DNA from: Curvularia clavata
Taxonomy: Eukaryota
NCBI GenBank assembly: GCA_023920165.1
Contig: CP089276.1
Span: forward strand, 3,658,001 to 3,722,000
Length of the DNA stretch: 64,000 nucleotides
Direction of reading: 5' to 3'
Below the pieces are notes generated by a model, which was not told where the DNA came from, did no database searches, and was given only the letters and a program-made list of their open reading frames with translations. Positions within the stretch are counted from its first letter, which is position 1, and every line of letters starts with the position of its first letter. Positions 11,298 to 25,000 of this stretch are shown one piece after another. Position numbers and translations under genes: made by a program.

Positions 11298-13079
11298 CTA
11301 GTCCCGCTTCAATCCAACCTTGCCCGCCTTCCTCAATCCCACCAAAGCAATCAACCCACACACAACCATGTACGCAAACATGAGCCAGTAGCTCGCTCTA
11401 TACCCTTTCAACACTGCCCCTTCATCCTGGTCCTCGAATGCACCTTCGCTGGCATGCCCATGCCCGCCCCCAGTAGCAGAACCTTGAATCCCCAGTGCCA
11501 CGACCTGACAGCTTCCCATACCTAAGCTCATGCCAAACTGTGCAACAGTGTTGAATACTGCACCAGCCAGCGCCTGTGTCTTTTCAGGAAAGCTGTCGCT
11601 CACGATAACGAGGCCGACAGTAAAGAGCACGTCTGCGCTGAAAGGAGCAAAGGTTTGCGCCCAAAAGGCGAGTTTCCAGTAGCTCCACGTGGGAGGTACG
11701 AGTGCCATGATCAGTGGCGAGAGAGCACAGATGAGGGCTGAGCCAGCAACGAGCCAACGAGCGGGAACCCGGTGAATGAAGAGGCCCACGAGGATGTTGA
11801 TAAGAACGCCAGTGGCGAGGTTGGGGAGGAGGTAAAGTGAAGTCGTCAAAGTAGATGCGTGCTGAATCTCTTGGAAGCTGTTCTAGTCAGTCACTAAGTC
11901 GATAGAAATAAAGTATTGCCAGTGTCATGATGTATGGACAAGGATTGCTTACTAGAGACTCGAGAAGAGTTCTATGGAGTTCATGACGCCGTAAGACAGT
12001 GCGACCATGATGCAGGTGCTAGTGAAAGGAAGGTTCTTCCACAGCCTGTTTGGCACAAGAGGTGGTTTTCCAGCACGTTCGCGGTAATGCATCCATACTG
12101 GAAAGGCGGCAAGGAGGACGATGCTAACAGCCAGCAATGAAGCCGTCTCAGCCGAGCGAATGCTTGTGAGATCTGCGCTGAGGATACTGACCATTGTGAG
12201 TACGAGGCAAATGCATGAGTGTAACTTTGTGACTTACGCTAGAACATAGGCAAGAATCGCCAACCCGCCGCTGGAAATGATGGCGCCAATCCAGTCTATC
12301 TCCTTGCCCACCTTCTTCGACAGGGCAACTGCACCGTCTTTGTTCTGAGACGGCAGTTTTGGTAGTGTCCACATAGCAGCAACAGCAACAGCTAGTGTGC
12401 ACCCTCCAGCTAAATAAAAGCCTGACCGCCATCCAGTTCTCTGTATCATGATGCCACTCAGGACAAGGCCAACAGCGAAACCAAGCGGCTGGCTAAACCC
12501 CAGACATGCAAATCCCAAATTCCTTGCTCTTCCAGACGGCACAGCTCCAGTGATTATCGCAACCGAGGCTGGCAGATGCATAGCCAGTGCGATGCCTTGG
12601 AGAGCGCGGAAGACGACGAGCTGGCTTCCAGACTGAGCAAAGCCACATGCCAGGGTAAGAATACCAAGGAGTGTGATACCAACGAGCTCGACGGGCCTGG
12701 CACCAACGACATCGGCAATGGAGCCTGCGATGAGCAATGCAGCGCCTGAAGTCAGTCCATAGACGGACGAAGGCCATAGGTAGAGAGAGCGCTCGAGGGA
12801 AAGGGAGCGCGCTATGATTGGTAGGCCAACGGTGATGATGCCATTGGTAAAGCTGGCTAAGAATCCCACCAAGGACGGCGTCAAGATTGTCAAGACAGTA
12901 CGCAGGGTAGTTGATTTGGTGATAGATGCCGGAGACGATGTGGACGATTCAGCGTCTGATATGCCATGACTGTCGGACAATGTTTCCCCAGAAGGCCTTG
13001 GTGGGTAGGAAGTTGCGTTAGACTTGGACCACGTTTGAAGTCCAAAGTCTTCGGTCCTGGTTTCTGTTTGCGTAGCCAT
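11298..13079 (-). CDS. MFS transporter, 14-TM drug:H+ antiporter-like; exons 13079-12238, 12186-11953, 11877-11298
   Basis: MFS motif A GSIADVVGAR, FRALQG, GWRSGFY and IDWIGA. Introns 12187-12237 and 11878-11952 join three hydrophobic ORFs in frame. Confidence 0.92.
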
Positions 13080-14173
13080 TGCTCAGTCCGCTCACGAGAG
13101 AGTTTTTCCTTTTCTTAGTGCAAACAACTTTCGGCTTCAGGAAAAGAGAACATTTCTTTTATAACAATGACGGTAAACGCCTGAGGTGGATCGATCTATG
13201 ACTTAGAGGCCCTTTGATTCCGATGAAAATTCCTTCGCGCGCGATCAAACTTCGCCACCAGGCTGGTATTATTGGTTCAGTGGTCAAACCGAGCAACTGA
13301 ATTTGAATCGGAATCACAGTCGGAATCATTATGCGGATACACCGAATGGGCCCTAAGCTGTTGGACGACTAGTCGCACGCCCTACAACGATGTCATGTCA
13401 ACTACGCTTCCTACAAGGCGTAAAAGAAAATTCAGTCAGCAACAAAGAACTAGAACAGTGCCTGCATACCGTCAGAATGACAAAACGTGTAAGCGTTTCC
13501 ATGGATTTGGCATTTCACGTTTGGCATTTTTCACGACCCTGTTCAGACGGGATGCAGGCCAGGAGGATTGCGCCAGACTTTGTATTTCCCTGCAGAATCG
13601 CATGTCCGCTAGGGCACTGCAAAAGCTAGACACACAGTAGCGCAGATGCGCAATGTTGGTCCGAGGAAATCTGGGGTCGTTGCGGCGGACTGTGCTGCAG
13701 GGTGTCTAGTTCCAGGTACCCAGGGACCCATCGCGAAAGAGCGGTCGCGGCGACAACAGCGAGCCCCAACATTTGCACCTCTCGCAGCCGTGATTGGTAC
13801 AATGCATTAACACGGAGATGCCATGCCGCGGCCTAGGCGTGCTGTCGAATCAATTACTGGTTGCCGCGTGGCAGTGGTTGGCCGGGATGGCGCTGTTGCT
13901 GCATCAACGGTTTGTTTGGGAGGTGACGTGAGGTGGCTCGCTTCCCCAACCTCCTCCTAACCACCTGCATTTGTCCTCTCCAGCCACTCCACTATCCAGC
14001 AACCCACCCAAACCAAAAGTCCCTGGCCGGGCAAGCTCCTCTCCTACACACCCATTCTGATTTTTGCTAGAATTCAGCCTGACTATTTTGCTGCTAGTTG
14101 CACCCGCTGTTTTTTCCAATCAACGTAATCATCTTGTATCGGTGACAAGACAAACACTACCCGCTCGCCCACT

Positions 14174-15838
14174 ATGGCGCCCCATCCCGAGGTCGCAGCC
14201 GATGGCAGCGCACTCTCGCCCATGGCCATCAACGCCTTGCAACAAGCAAAGTCCATTGTGAAGCGTGGCGATGAGCGTTACACACAATTGGCTTCAACTG
14301 GAGCACGCCCACCACTCGATCTCGCTGGCCCTGGCTTCCAGGCTCTCTTCGCTATCATCGGTATTGGCATGGCCTTCATGGCCCTTTGGTTCTTCTTCTG
14401 GGCCAAGAACGGCGGCTTCAAATGGCGCGAAGGTGACTGGGAAGACTACAAATCGACAGTGCTGCGACGCAAGGGACCGGACGGCAAGACCCTATCCAAC
14501 GCTACCAAGAGCACCCGCCTCGGAGGTGGCAGTGTTGTGCACGGCGGTAGCTACTTTGGTGCCCAGAGCGACCTTGGCTACACGGATGAGACTGGAACAA
14601 CCATCACTACCAGCGACTACCACGATGCCGAGAAGGCCGAAAAGGGCGAGGCCGGCCTTCGTGGCGGAGATGGACGAAAGCAAAAGAAGAAGAGCCGCCG
14701 TGACTACACCAACGACTACAACGACCCTGAACTCCGTCAGTACCGCGAGGAAAAGGCTGCCCGTGTTGGTGGTCTCAACCGTGTTGGTGATGGCAAGTAC
14801 ACCGACTACTCCGGCTCCCAGGTTTCCAGCAACGCCCCACTCGTCAAGCCCGAAGTCAAGGACCCCAAGAAGGAGGCCAAGGCCAAGGAGCAACGTGCAA
14901 AGGAACGCATGCGCAAGGCTAAAGCTGCTGAAAAGGAAGCCGCCAAGAAGGAAGCCGCCGAAGCCAAAGCTCGCAAGGAAGAACAGAAAGCCGAAGCCAA
15001 ACGTCTCAAGGAGGAGCAGAAGCGAGCCAAGAAGAACAATGTTGCACCCTCTGAAGTCCCTGAGATGGCCGAAGTCAGCCGCCCCATGATTGAGTACCAT
15101 TCGCCTGAGTCCGAGTACACTCGCGCATACACCGAATACACCGCTCCTTCTGTCGTCGATACACCAACTCGCGCTCCTACTACCAGGACCAGCAAGGGTC
15201 CTGCTGGTCCCCGTCGTGCTCCTCCTTCCGCTGCCTACTCCTTCACCACTGGCGACGACACCGAAACCGTCTATACCGGCGTCTACACCAACGATCCCGA
15301 TGCTCCTGCCGCTGCTCCCAAGACCACCCGCACTACACCCTCCGAGGCCGCCGAGTCAAGCTACTACTCCGACTACCGCCCCAACGCCGACCCCTCGCTC
15401 TACACGGACCCCAACAAGCACGCTCCTCGCTCCCGCTCTGCCCGTCCCTCGCAAGACCGCGGCGACCGTGCTTCCCGTGCTGACCGTGCTGATCGTGCTT
15501 CCCGCTCCAGTCGCCCATCCTCAGCTTCTCGTCCCCGTCCCTCTGGCTCCCGCTCCCGCCCTACTTCCGAGTCTCCAAGGAAACAGCACCGCTCTTCGCG
15601 TCCGGCGCCTCCTGCCTCGGACATCTTCACCGCTGCTAACGGCGAGTCTCGTGGTCACATGAGCTACCCGTGCCACATCCCCGGTCTGAGCACGGCGGGC
15701 AGTGTCCACCCCATGGACAGTGTTTCGCAAGCCGGTGTACCGAGGAGAGAGCGAGGCGGCAGGGACGTCATGGATGGCTACAGGCGCGGTGGCGTGAGGG
15801 CTGTTGGTCGCAGGGACAGCCTGAGTGACAGTGATTAA
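14174..15838 (+). CDS. Uncharacterised single-pass membrane protein with coiled coil and disordered R/S/P-rich tail (554 aa)
   Basis: Long ORF with strong coding-type codon bias. One TM segment (FAIIGIGMAFMALWFFFW) followed by KNGGFKWREGDWEDYKSTVLRRKGPDGK, then a K/E/A coiled coil. Confidence 0.85.
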   Translation: MAPHPEVAADGSALSPMAINALQQAKSIVKRGDERYTQLASTGARPPLDLAGPGFQALFAIIGIGMAFMALWFFFWAKNGGFKWREGDWEDYKSTVLRRKGPDGKTLSNATKSTRLGGGSVVHGGSYFGAQSDLGYTDETGTTITTSDYHDAEKAEKGEAGLRGGDGRKQKKKSRRDYTNDYNDPELRQYREEKAARVGGLNRVGDGKYTDYSGSQVSSNAPLVKPEVKDPKKEAKAKEQRAKERMRKAKAAEKEAAKKEAAEAKARKEEQKAEAKRLKEEQKRAKKNNVAPSEVPEMAEVSRPMIEYHSPESEYTRAYTEYTAPSVVDTPTRAPTTRTSKGPAGPRRAPPSAAYSFTTGDDTETVYTGVYTNDPDAPAAAPKTTRTTPSEAAESSYYSDYRPNADPSLYTDPNKHAPRSRSARPSQDRGDRASRADRADRASRSSRPSSASRPRPSGSRSRPTSESPRKQHRSSRPAPPASDIFTAANGESRGHMSYPCHIPGLSTAGSVHPMDSVSQAGVPRRERGGRDVMDGYRRGGVRAVGRRDSLSDSD

Positions 15839-16587
15839 GACAAGAGATTGCTCTTGCAAGATTGCATCATGTTTTGGCGTTTTGACCCAGGGGGTCTTTG
15901 AATTGTGATGATAGAGCGAGTTTTTGTTTTGTTTTGTTTTGCGTTTTGTTACTTCTCCTCGCTTTGCTTTTGTTTGGAGAAGAAAAAGGGGAGAGAGATC
16001 AGTCTGGAATACCCCTCCACCCCCCTTTTAATGCCACGCGATGAAGAGATTCGAATGGGATATGAATGGATCATGGAAGTTATGGCATCTACACAGTTTT
16101 TTGTGTGGGTGAAATGTATGTATGTAGTAAAGAAATATGAACATCGAATACTATGAATCAAAGTCAAATATGTGCCGTATGAATGACGTGCTTTTCTGCT
16201 CTCCTCTTGTTTGTAGAACGTAAGATTGGGGGGAAACAGGATACGGTTCCGTAAAGAAACCGACATACTCGTATGTTTGTCTGCACGCTTCGCGTATAGA
16301 AGAGACACAAAGGAGGGGTGTAGAAGTCATTGCATTTCCACTTCTTCCTTCCACCACAAACCCAGCACTCCTCCTTGAACTTGGCAAGAAAGGAAACAAA
16401 AACCGCTGGTGAACACTCACTGCTTTCTGAACACGCACCACCAACGAAACGACATGAACACCAGCACAAAAACCAACAAGGCAATCAATCAATCAAACAT
16501 GTAAACAAAAGATCAGTTGGTTGGGTTATTCATAGACTACATGATATACTAGGCATTACCTCGATTACCTCGCTTTTCGCACAGGAC

Positions 16588-16606
16588 GGGGGGGGGGGGG
16601 GGGGGG
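16588..16606 (+). repeat. Poly(G) tract of 19 nt
   Basis: Uninterrupted G run between two convergent genes. Confidence 0.9.
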
Positions 16607-16941
16607 TGGGTCATCATCAAGGTCCAGATCAACTGAACCATTTGGTTTCTCTCTCTCCTCTCCGCTCTCCCTCTCTCGCTTTCTTTCGTAATTGCTAGTT
16701 GCAGCATTTCCACCAGGAAAACAATTTAGGGGGATCATTGATGGTACAATTCGTGTCGTTTGTCATAATGAGTGTGTAGGATGTAGTGGTGGTAAGGTAG
16801 AGGGTATGTGTGTGCTTTTATACTTTGATCGCGCTTTGCGAGTCGCTTGAAACAAAAAGTCACATACATGGCAGCGTAACAAGCCGATCCTGTCGGAAGA
16901 GCTGCTGTGGAAGCATCGACGGGCAATGCCAAGTCAACAGC

Positions 16942-19900
16942 TTACAACTCGTCCTTCACGACTTGAGTGGCCTTGGTGGCAGCGCTGGATAGGCTGCTGG
17001 CTGCTTCCTCGGCATTTTGAGAAGCAGCGGAATAGAGCTCTGCAATGCGGCTGTTGGCAGCTGCGACGGCATCGGCAATTCGGCTGTTGGCGCTCTCCAT
17101 TGCTCCTTGCTCTGGGCCGTACACCATGGAGCTGGCGGCAGAGGAGATGGAGCTGTATACCTCGCCAGCACCGCTGGTGACGGAAGCGATATAGTCGCTT
17201 GCAGTAGGCGTACCGAAGATAGCCTCACTGATAGCCGCTTGCGCAGAGAGGGCAGCTGCTGAGAAGCTATCTTGAGCGGCTTGTGTTCCGTAGAGCTTCT
17301 CGCTCACTTGGGATTGAATAGATGCGTAGACGCTAACAACGGACTCGCTGGCTTGTTCAGCAGCACCCTTGGGAGTTCCATAGAGAGCAATAGAAGCACT
17401 CTCAACAGCCAGGTCCAACGAAGCGCTAGCTTGGCTCAGCACATCTTCAATAACAGCGGGAGGTGTAAAAACTGCATTGACAACAGAGGTAGCAGAGGCG
17501 TACGCATCTGCAGCTGCGTCAGTCACGGCGTTGTAACTGTCCTCAGCATACGATTGAGCAGACGCGACAACTGCAGGCAAGCCGGTAGAATACGCGGATG
17601 CCAAACGGCTCATCACGCTCTCTGTGAAATCGGGTTCCTTGCCCATGACCAGCTCGGAAATCAGGGCCTGAACATCGGCGTACTGCTTAGCGGCGGCCTC
17701 GGTGGCTTGCGCACCATATGCACCTGCTTGAGAGTAGACCGACTCCGCCCAGGGTGTAGGTTGGCCATAAACTTGGCTGCTTGCTTGTGCAACGAGCGCT
17801 TCCCAGTTCTCACTAGCTTTGGACGCAACGGATTCCGTCCATGGTGTTTCGGAACCGATGATAGTAGAGCTGATTTCCGAGGCGATTGACTCGGCCGACT
17901 CAGAGATGTGAGAAGCGGCAGAAGCGGCCGAGGCTGAAGCCGCTGAAACCGCGGTAGCATACTGAGGGTTAGTGACGGCGTCCGACGCTGCATTGATAAT
18001 AGCCGAGTAGTAGACGTGGGCCTTGCCAACAGCTTCATAGTACCCTTGTCGAAGAGCGCCCTCGGGAGCAAGAGTTGACTGGGGAAAGAACTCGTCAGAC
18101 GCACGGCTAAGGGCTTCCGAAAGTCGGGATGAGGCGGAGGAGGAGACAGACTCCAGAAATCCCGATTGTGTGGCAGCTAGAGGTCTCTTCACCGACTCAG
18201 TGTACTGCATGGCGTTTGACATGCGCACCTTAGCGGCTTCAACAGAGTCAGAATAGGCCTTCTCGAAATAAGATAGCAGCGTCTGGTGTGCAGGCTGGGG
18301 CTGGCCAGAGATCAGACTGGACAGTTGAGATTTGACATTCTCCAGCTGTTGGCTCGCAGCGCTGACAGCATCATTGTAGCGTGAGCTGGCCTCAATTTGA
18401 ATCGTCTGAATGACAGCAGTGGGAGTTGGCGTGCCGAAGATGGCGTACGATGCCGCGGTGACAGCCTGCGCGTACTTCTCAGCAGCGACACTGGTAGCAC
18501 TCTCGACAGCGGGCTGTTGGGTTCCATAGAGCACGCTCGATGCAGCGGCCAGTGCCTTGGCCCATTGTTCGCTTGCAATTGACGATGCCGATTCGACGCT
18601 GCCTTGCGTCTTGGATGGCCCTAGAAGCGCTTCGCTCACTGCTCGACTCAACTCGGCAGCTCGGTCTCCTGCATCTGCTACCACATTGTGCAACTTGTCA
18701 GAGTATGTGTCTTCCTCATCGTCTTCATCAAAAGGCTGATCGAGCACGACTTGTTTAGCTTCAGCAAGGATCTGAGCATTGGCTCCCCCAAACACCTTCT
18801 TAGGGGATTCGTAAGCTTCAGCAGCTTTTGAAGAGACCTCATCGACAATCTCCGAGGCAACAGAAGATGCTTGAGACAGCACGCTTTCGGATGATGGTGT
18901 GCCGTAAACGGCCTTGGAGACCTCAGAGGATGCTTGAGCTGCAGCGTCCGCAACTGGTGCTGCCACACTCTCGGCAAGTCCAGTCGAGACAGCTTCAACA
19001 GCTTCGGGAGCCTGAGATGATGCCTCGGACGCTGCTTCCTTGGCGGAAGATGCAACGCTTTCAGCGAGCGGAGTTGAGCTGCCCTGGATAGCTTCGGATA
19101 CCTGAGAAGATGCATCCGAGTACATTTCAGCAGCGGATGAGGCGATGCTCTCGCTGAGCGGGGTAGAGCTACCCTGAATAGCTTCAGAAGCATAGCTCGA
19201 TGCCTTGTCGACGTTGTCCATTACTTGTTGAGCGGCATTCCGGACACGAGGCGCAAAGACTTTGTTTGTGAAGTCACTGCTGGCATCACCGGCCCAGATT
19301 TTCGACTTTGAAACATCCTTAAGGCGAACCAACTCGGCGACCATGTCCGACGCGATAGCCATAGCCTTGTCCTCGAGTTCCTTGGCCTTTTCGTGAGCAA
19401 GACGGAGACCTTCATGCTTGGACCCAACAGCCTCGACTTCAGCCTGCCATTCGTCGAGAGTGCTCCTGAGCTTGTGGTAGTTTTGCCAGTCCTGATATGT
19501 AACGCCATCAGTCCATGCCTATGGCACTCGGTCAGCAGGATTCACAGAAAGAATAGACGTTTAGAGTGGTGATATCATACCCATCGCATGCCAACCTCTT
19601 GAAGGCCAAGACCGTGGATCTTGTCAAGAACCTCAACAGTGCTTCTCACAGCCGCTTGTACTAGAGAATCAGTCTCCTGGTCAAAGGATGCCTTCCAGGC
19701 ACGGATATCTTTAGCGCGTTCCTTGACCGTAAGACCAAACTCACGGGTCTTTGCACTGCAATCCTCGTACGCAGTCTCCAAGTCAGCTTCCGAGGCGTCG
19801 TCAGGAAGAGAAGCGATGGTTTTCTGGATGTAATTCTTCAGCTTAGCAATGGTCGAATCAGCAGTTTCCTCAAGTTTGACGAGCAGAGCCTTGCCATGGC

Positions 19901-21110
19901 CATTGACAGCGTTATTAATCTGGCGGTTGGTGATTTCCTCTACCCGTACTTCAAGGTCATCGGCACCTTTGTCTGCAGCCGCAGCGAATTTGCTCTGCCA
20001 CTGGCGGAGATCATTGTTAAGCTTCTCCTGCAATTCAGCGCCGGTCAGCTTAGGCTCAGCAGGTTCGACGGCTGCTGTCGGCTTCGACTCATCTGAGCTG
20101 GCAGATTCACTACCAAAGAAGTCATCAAGAACACCCCAGCCGGATGCTGGAGTGGAGCTGGGGGAGGCAACAGAAGCAGAGGAACTGGCCGTAGTTGAAG
20201 CTTGCTTGCTAGACTCAGCAGACACAGCCTTTTGCGAATCAGCAGCAGCCATGGCCGACTCCATCTTCTGCTGGTCCCTGTAGCGGCCGAGTCGCTCAAA
20301 GATGCGGACCAGCTGGGGCTCGACATTGTCACCGTAGAGGACGCGTAGCTGTGGCCAGACGCTGCGCTGGATAAAGATCCAGGTTGTGTCCTTGGCGGTG
20401 CGCAGGTAAGGGTAGACAATATGGACGAGGGCATGGTGGCCGTAGGCATGTCCCTGCTGAAGGTATGGGAGGGAACGTTCATAGGCCGGGAAAAGGGTGT
20501 GATGATAGAGATCTTCAGAACTGGTCTTGAGTTCGTTGTAGTGAGGGGCAATGGCATCGGTTGCCTTTTTGACGTGGGGGCCTAGATGCACCTCATACTG
20601 TGCCCAAGCCTGTTCCTGGGCATTCTGCAGCTGAGGGCGAATGGACTTTTCGAATTGAGCCTCTGCGTACTTCCTTGCATGCTCGACCCTGTGTGCGCCG
20701 TGTGTTGCATATTGCTCCTGGGCAAAAGCAATGGCGGGGCCGGTGTAGGGCTTGATCTTGTCAAGCTGAGGGACAACATAGGTCTCGTAGTAGGGGTCGA
20801 GATAAGGCGCGGCGTAGGAGCGGGTTTGGAGGTACGGCTTGCATACGCGGGGAGAATCGTTGTTCAGCTGGGTGATGGAGTTGGGACAGCGGAATAGGAG
20901 CGTGATGATGAGATACCACGTTGTCAGCCGTGCTGTCATGCTCGTAAAGGACCCCATGAGCGTCCGTCGCGGCTTTCTCGCGCGGGCGGACCGCGTCTGG
21001 TCTACATTGCTCTTTGTCTTGCCGTTGGCGCTTCCCACCGTCGAGCCATTGGCACTGCCATTTGGCGAGGTTTTGGGCTTTTTCGCCCTTCCGTTGGCCT
21101 GGACGGCCAT
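16942..21110 (-). CDS. She10-like protein: N-terminal membrane anchor, coiled coil and long Ser/Ala-rich repeat tail; exons 21110-19581, 19518-16942
   Basis: Start MAVQANGR. TM segment LTTWYLIITLLFRCP followed by SPRVCKPY. GLQEVGMRW|AWTDGVTYQDWQNYH joined by intron 19519-19580 (GTATGA..CTGAC..TAG). Family assignment from recalled architecture. Confidence 0.7.
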
Positions 21111-22071
21111 GCTCGCGTATGGGTTGACGATGAAGCGGACCGGCTGGTGGGCACTGCGGGTTAGCCAGGTTGCGCCGGTGCGAACAGGCCAGTCTACGTA
21201 CCAAACGGAGTAGAAATGTGCAGCTTCTTGGATTGTTGATAAAGCGAGAATGGAGGTGATGGACTGCTCCAGGGAACCTGTCTGTTTAGCGCTGGGGGGG
21301 CAGCACAACCGAGCTGCAGAAGTGATGTAATTTGCACGTGCTGACGCGGGAAGAGCAGCAGCAAGATCAGGATTTAGGTGGAAGAAGCGGGCGAAGGCAA
21401 GATGACAGCGATGATTGCTGTCGCACCAGACGACATCAAGCCTATGTATGTCGCGTGAAGGGGTGGGCGCGGGTGCCTCAGGTTCCCCCTGCTGCCGTTG
21501 CTTCTGCGCGCTCTGTAACGCCCTTGTATGGGCCTTGTGCACCCCAGACGACGGGCGTTCGCATGTGACGGCTGCCCATGTCCTGCCACAGAATAGCTGC
21601 CGCCGCCGCCTCCGCTGCCTTTACTGGCTAAAACCACAGACCCAATGCTTGTATACCAGCCGGCACTAGGGTCGCTAGGTCGCCGTGGTTCTGGCCGGGG
21701 GCTCATGTGCCAAGCCTATCCAAGGGTCCAGCGGCGACATCACCACCACCACCTTCTTTCCCGTGTCCTTCTGCCACCGCCCGCACCACTCCTGCGCTTT
21801 CCCCCATCCACCCTCCTACTATACCCCTACGTCCTTCCTCGGTGCTAATCATCTCTGCAATCCGCTCTGCTTCACGTCCTTGCGTCCACCCAGGCCTTGC
21901 CGTTTCACCGCGCATTCGCACGCGACGTAGCCACCAACTATTCCGTCTCACATCGGTCCCGATGACTACTTGAGATCTCTCCCTTTGCGGCTCCCGCCCG
22001 AGACTTGACCACTACGACACGTTCACTTCGACCTCCTTTATCCCGTATACGTCTTTTAATACCCCCCGACA

Positions 22072-25000
22072 ATGGCGACCGACGCTGCTCCTCCGAATGC
22101 GGGGCCGTTCGACGAGGTTCCCGACACCGCCGACACAGCAGCATTCGACAGAGACGAAGCCGATACCTGCCGCATATGTCGTGGAGAAGGCACTGCCGAC
22201 GAGCCTCTGTTCTTCCCCTGCAAATGCAGTGGCAGCATACGATACGTCCACCAAGAATGTCTAATGGAATGGCTGTCGCACACGCAGAAGAAGCACTGCG
22301 AACTGTGCAAGACGTCGTTTCGCTTCACCAAACTATACCATCCAAACATGCCCAATCGCATACCCACGACTGTATTTATCCACCGCGCCGCACTCCACGT
22401 CTTCAACATGTTCATCACCTGGTGTCGCGGTGTCTTAGTAGGCGCCGTGTGGCTGTTCCTGCTCCCTTGGTGTATGCGTGTGGTATGGCGCAGCCTCTTC
22501 TGGGTTGGCGACGGTGGCTGGTCACGCGAGATATTCATGGGCATGGCTGAGACACAGGAGGTGGGCAGACTGTCTGGTGGAGGACTGGACACAATCCGCA
22601 CTGCAGTTGAGCGTACTACGACGAGCAGGAACAATACCGTGGATTCACAACTATCCAATTCGCAAGCATCAGTAGCCTTCTCATCCAACAACAAAACCAC
22701 TGGCGAGTCTCTGCTCTGGAACTTTGCCGAGCGACTGTTTTTCGGCGCTCCGTACGCATCCCGCCAGCTCTCCCCAGCTGAGCAGCCAAGCCACTTGCAC
22801 ACCTCGAACATCACGGCATCGAATATCACATCAAACCCCCTCGGTAGCCGTAACCCCTCGCTACTCTCCGATGTCCCCTTCTTCAACTGGTTCCAATCCC
22901 AATCGGCTAATCGATTCATTGTGGATGTTATAGAAGGCCAAATTATTACCTTGCTTGTGGTAGTCGCATTCATTCTCGTGTTTCTTATTCGAGAATGGGT
23001 TGTCCAACAACAGCCAGTAATCAATATGGTTGCTCTGGGCGACAATGCCGCTGCACAGCAAGCTGCAGTTTTCGAGGACGATGCTCAAATTGACGACGTT
23101 CCCGTTGATGAAGATGAGCTCGATGATGCTCTGGATGCTTTGCATGCTGAGGTGGCCCAAGAGGATCATGAGCTGCACAATGCTGATGACGATGGACCCA
23201 TCTTTGCCGACAACGACCGCGACGCATCAGACCCCACGACAGACCGGGTTCGCCGGTCGTCCTCACTGCGCAGGGAGCGCGATGACCTTGTCCGAAGGTT
23301 GGTTCTTGAAGGATTATCTGATGATGTTAGGGCAATCTTGCAATCGGAGTCCGGGGCTGACATTGTCGATCTCTACACCCGCGACGACGAAGCTGCCCAA
23401 ACTCTTCGGGAATCTCTCCTACAAGCCATGAGAGCTGGAGAGCCGGCCAATCGAGCCGACGACCATGATGAAGCCAGTAGCTCAGCATTCCCTACACGCA
23501 CTTCCTCGCTTCCCCTGCCTTCGGGCTCCACGCCAGATGCAGCAGACTTCGATTTGTCTTCATCCTGGCAAAGGCCAAACATGCCAGCGCGTGATCGCTC
23601 ATTCATCGCTACAGAGATTCGTCGTAGCCTCGAAGAAGCCAACACATGGTCATTTGAGAACCTGCAACAGGCGCCAGAGCCAGCCGCTGGTGATGCAGAT
23701 AATGCACCTGATTCTTCGGAGGATGATGCTAGAGGCCGACAACCAATTCAAAAGCCCGAGAGTGTGTCGGATCATGAGCAACACAGTGACCATAGTAGTG
23801 GAAGCTGGCAACAGGTTCCCAACGTTGTGGTGGATGACTCTGACCAAGCGCTGGAAGGAGAACACGCACACGACAAGGGCAAAGCCAGAGCGGTCGACTA
23901 CGAAGAGGAAGATACATCAAACGAATTAGCGTCATCGCCCGAAAGCAGCATCGCTCATTCTGACGAGAGTGTTGCGGAAAACATCGCTGTTGGAGCAGAC
24001 CACAATGCCAGCCAACCTGAGCATGATTCCAGTGCCGAGGAGCAAATCCAAGCAGCAGAAGACCACGAAGATCAGACGGAGCCTCCTGCAGCTGCAGGTA
24101 ATGTCCAGCCTGCGGACCCCCAAGCTCCCGGAAATGCAGTCGATCTTGTGTTGGATTGGATGTTTGGAGACGTAGCGCCAGCGACCCAAGCAGCTGATGA
24201 GGGAGGTAACGATGAGCATGTTGTTCGTGATCTAGCGGAGGAGGCGCCTTTTGTCCCATTCATAGGAAACGAGGCACGGGATCACGGCAATGGCCCTGCC
24301 CAGGATGCTGAGGTAGCCGCTGCCGCTGCACAAGCCGGCATCGATGTCAATGATCAGGAGGCGATTGAAGATGCAGAGGATCTGGAGGGCATTCTCGAGC
24401 TCATTGGTATGCAAGGACCTATTGTTGGCCTTTTCCAGAATGCCCTGTTCAGCGCAGTACTGATTTCTGCGACGCTGGCCTGTGCTGTCTGGCTCCCATA
24501 CCTCTGGGGAAAAGTCGTCATCCTCTTCATGGGAAGTCCCGTCTCGCTCTTCGTCAAGCTTCCTTTGCAAATAGTCGCCGCGGTCACAGACCTGATCGTC
24601 GACGTTACCCTGTTCGTCGTGGCCGGCGGCACATATTGGAGCTCTTATGCCATCACTAGTCTGGTCAAGTTATGTTCCTGGGGTAAGCTTTCGGAGACTG
24701 TCGAGGGCCCGCTGCGCACGATATCTACACCGGCTTACTCTCTTGCTGAGAGCTCCATGGCTCGTATTGGCAAAATGTTCATGGACTCACCTCTATCATC
24801 TCGACCTGACTATTTCCGCCTCTCGGTCAATGCCCATGCTTCTCTGCGAAGCCTCCAAAATACCACTTCATTTGCACTCAATGAGACGAGTCAATTTGCG
24901 AACGCACTCATTGAAGAGATCTCAGCCGACTCCCCGCTGAAGCTTGTGCTGAGGATCATCGGGCACTTGCCAGCTCTGGTTACAAACACCTTGACAGTCA

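Noticed and set aside
8116..13079. Secreted protein, peptidase and MFS as a possible secondary-metabolite cluster
   Set aside because: No backbone synthase or tailoring enzymes; flanked by housekeeping genes.
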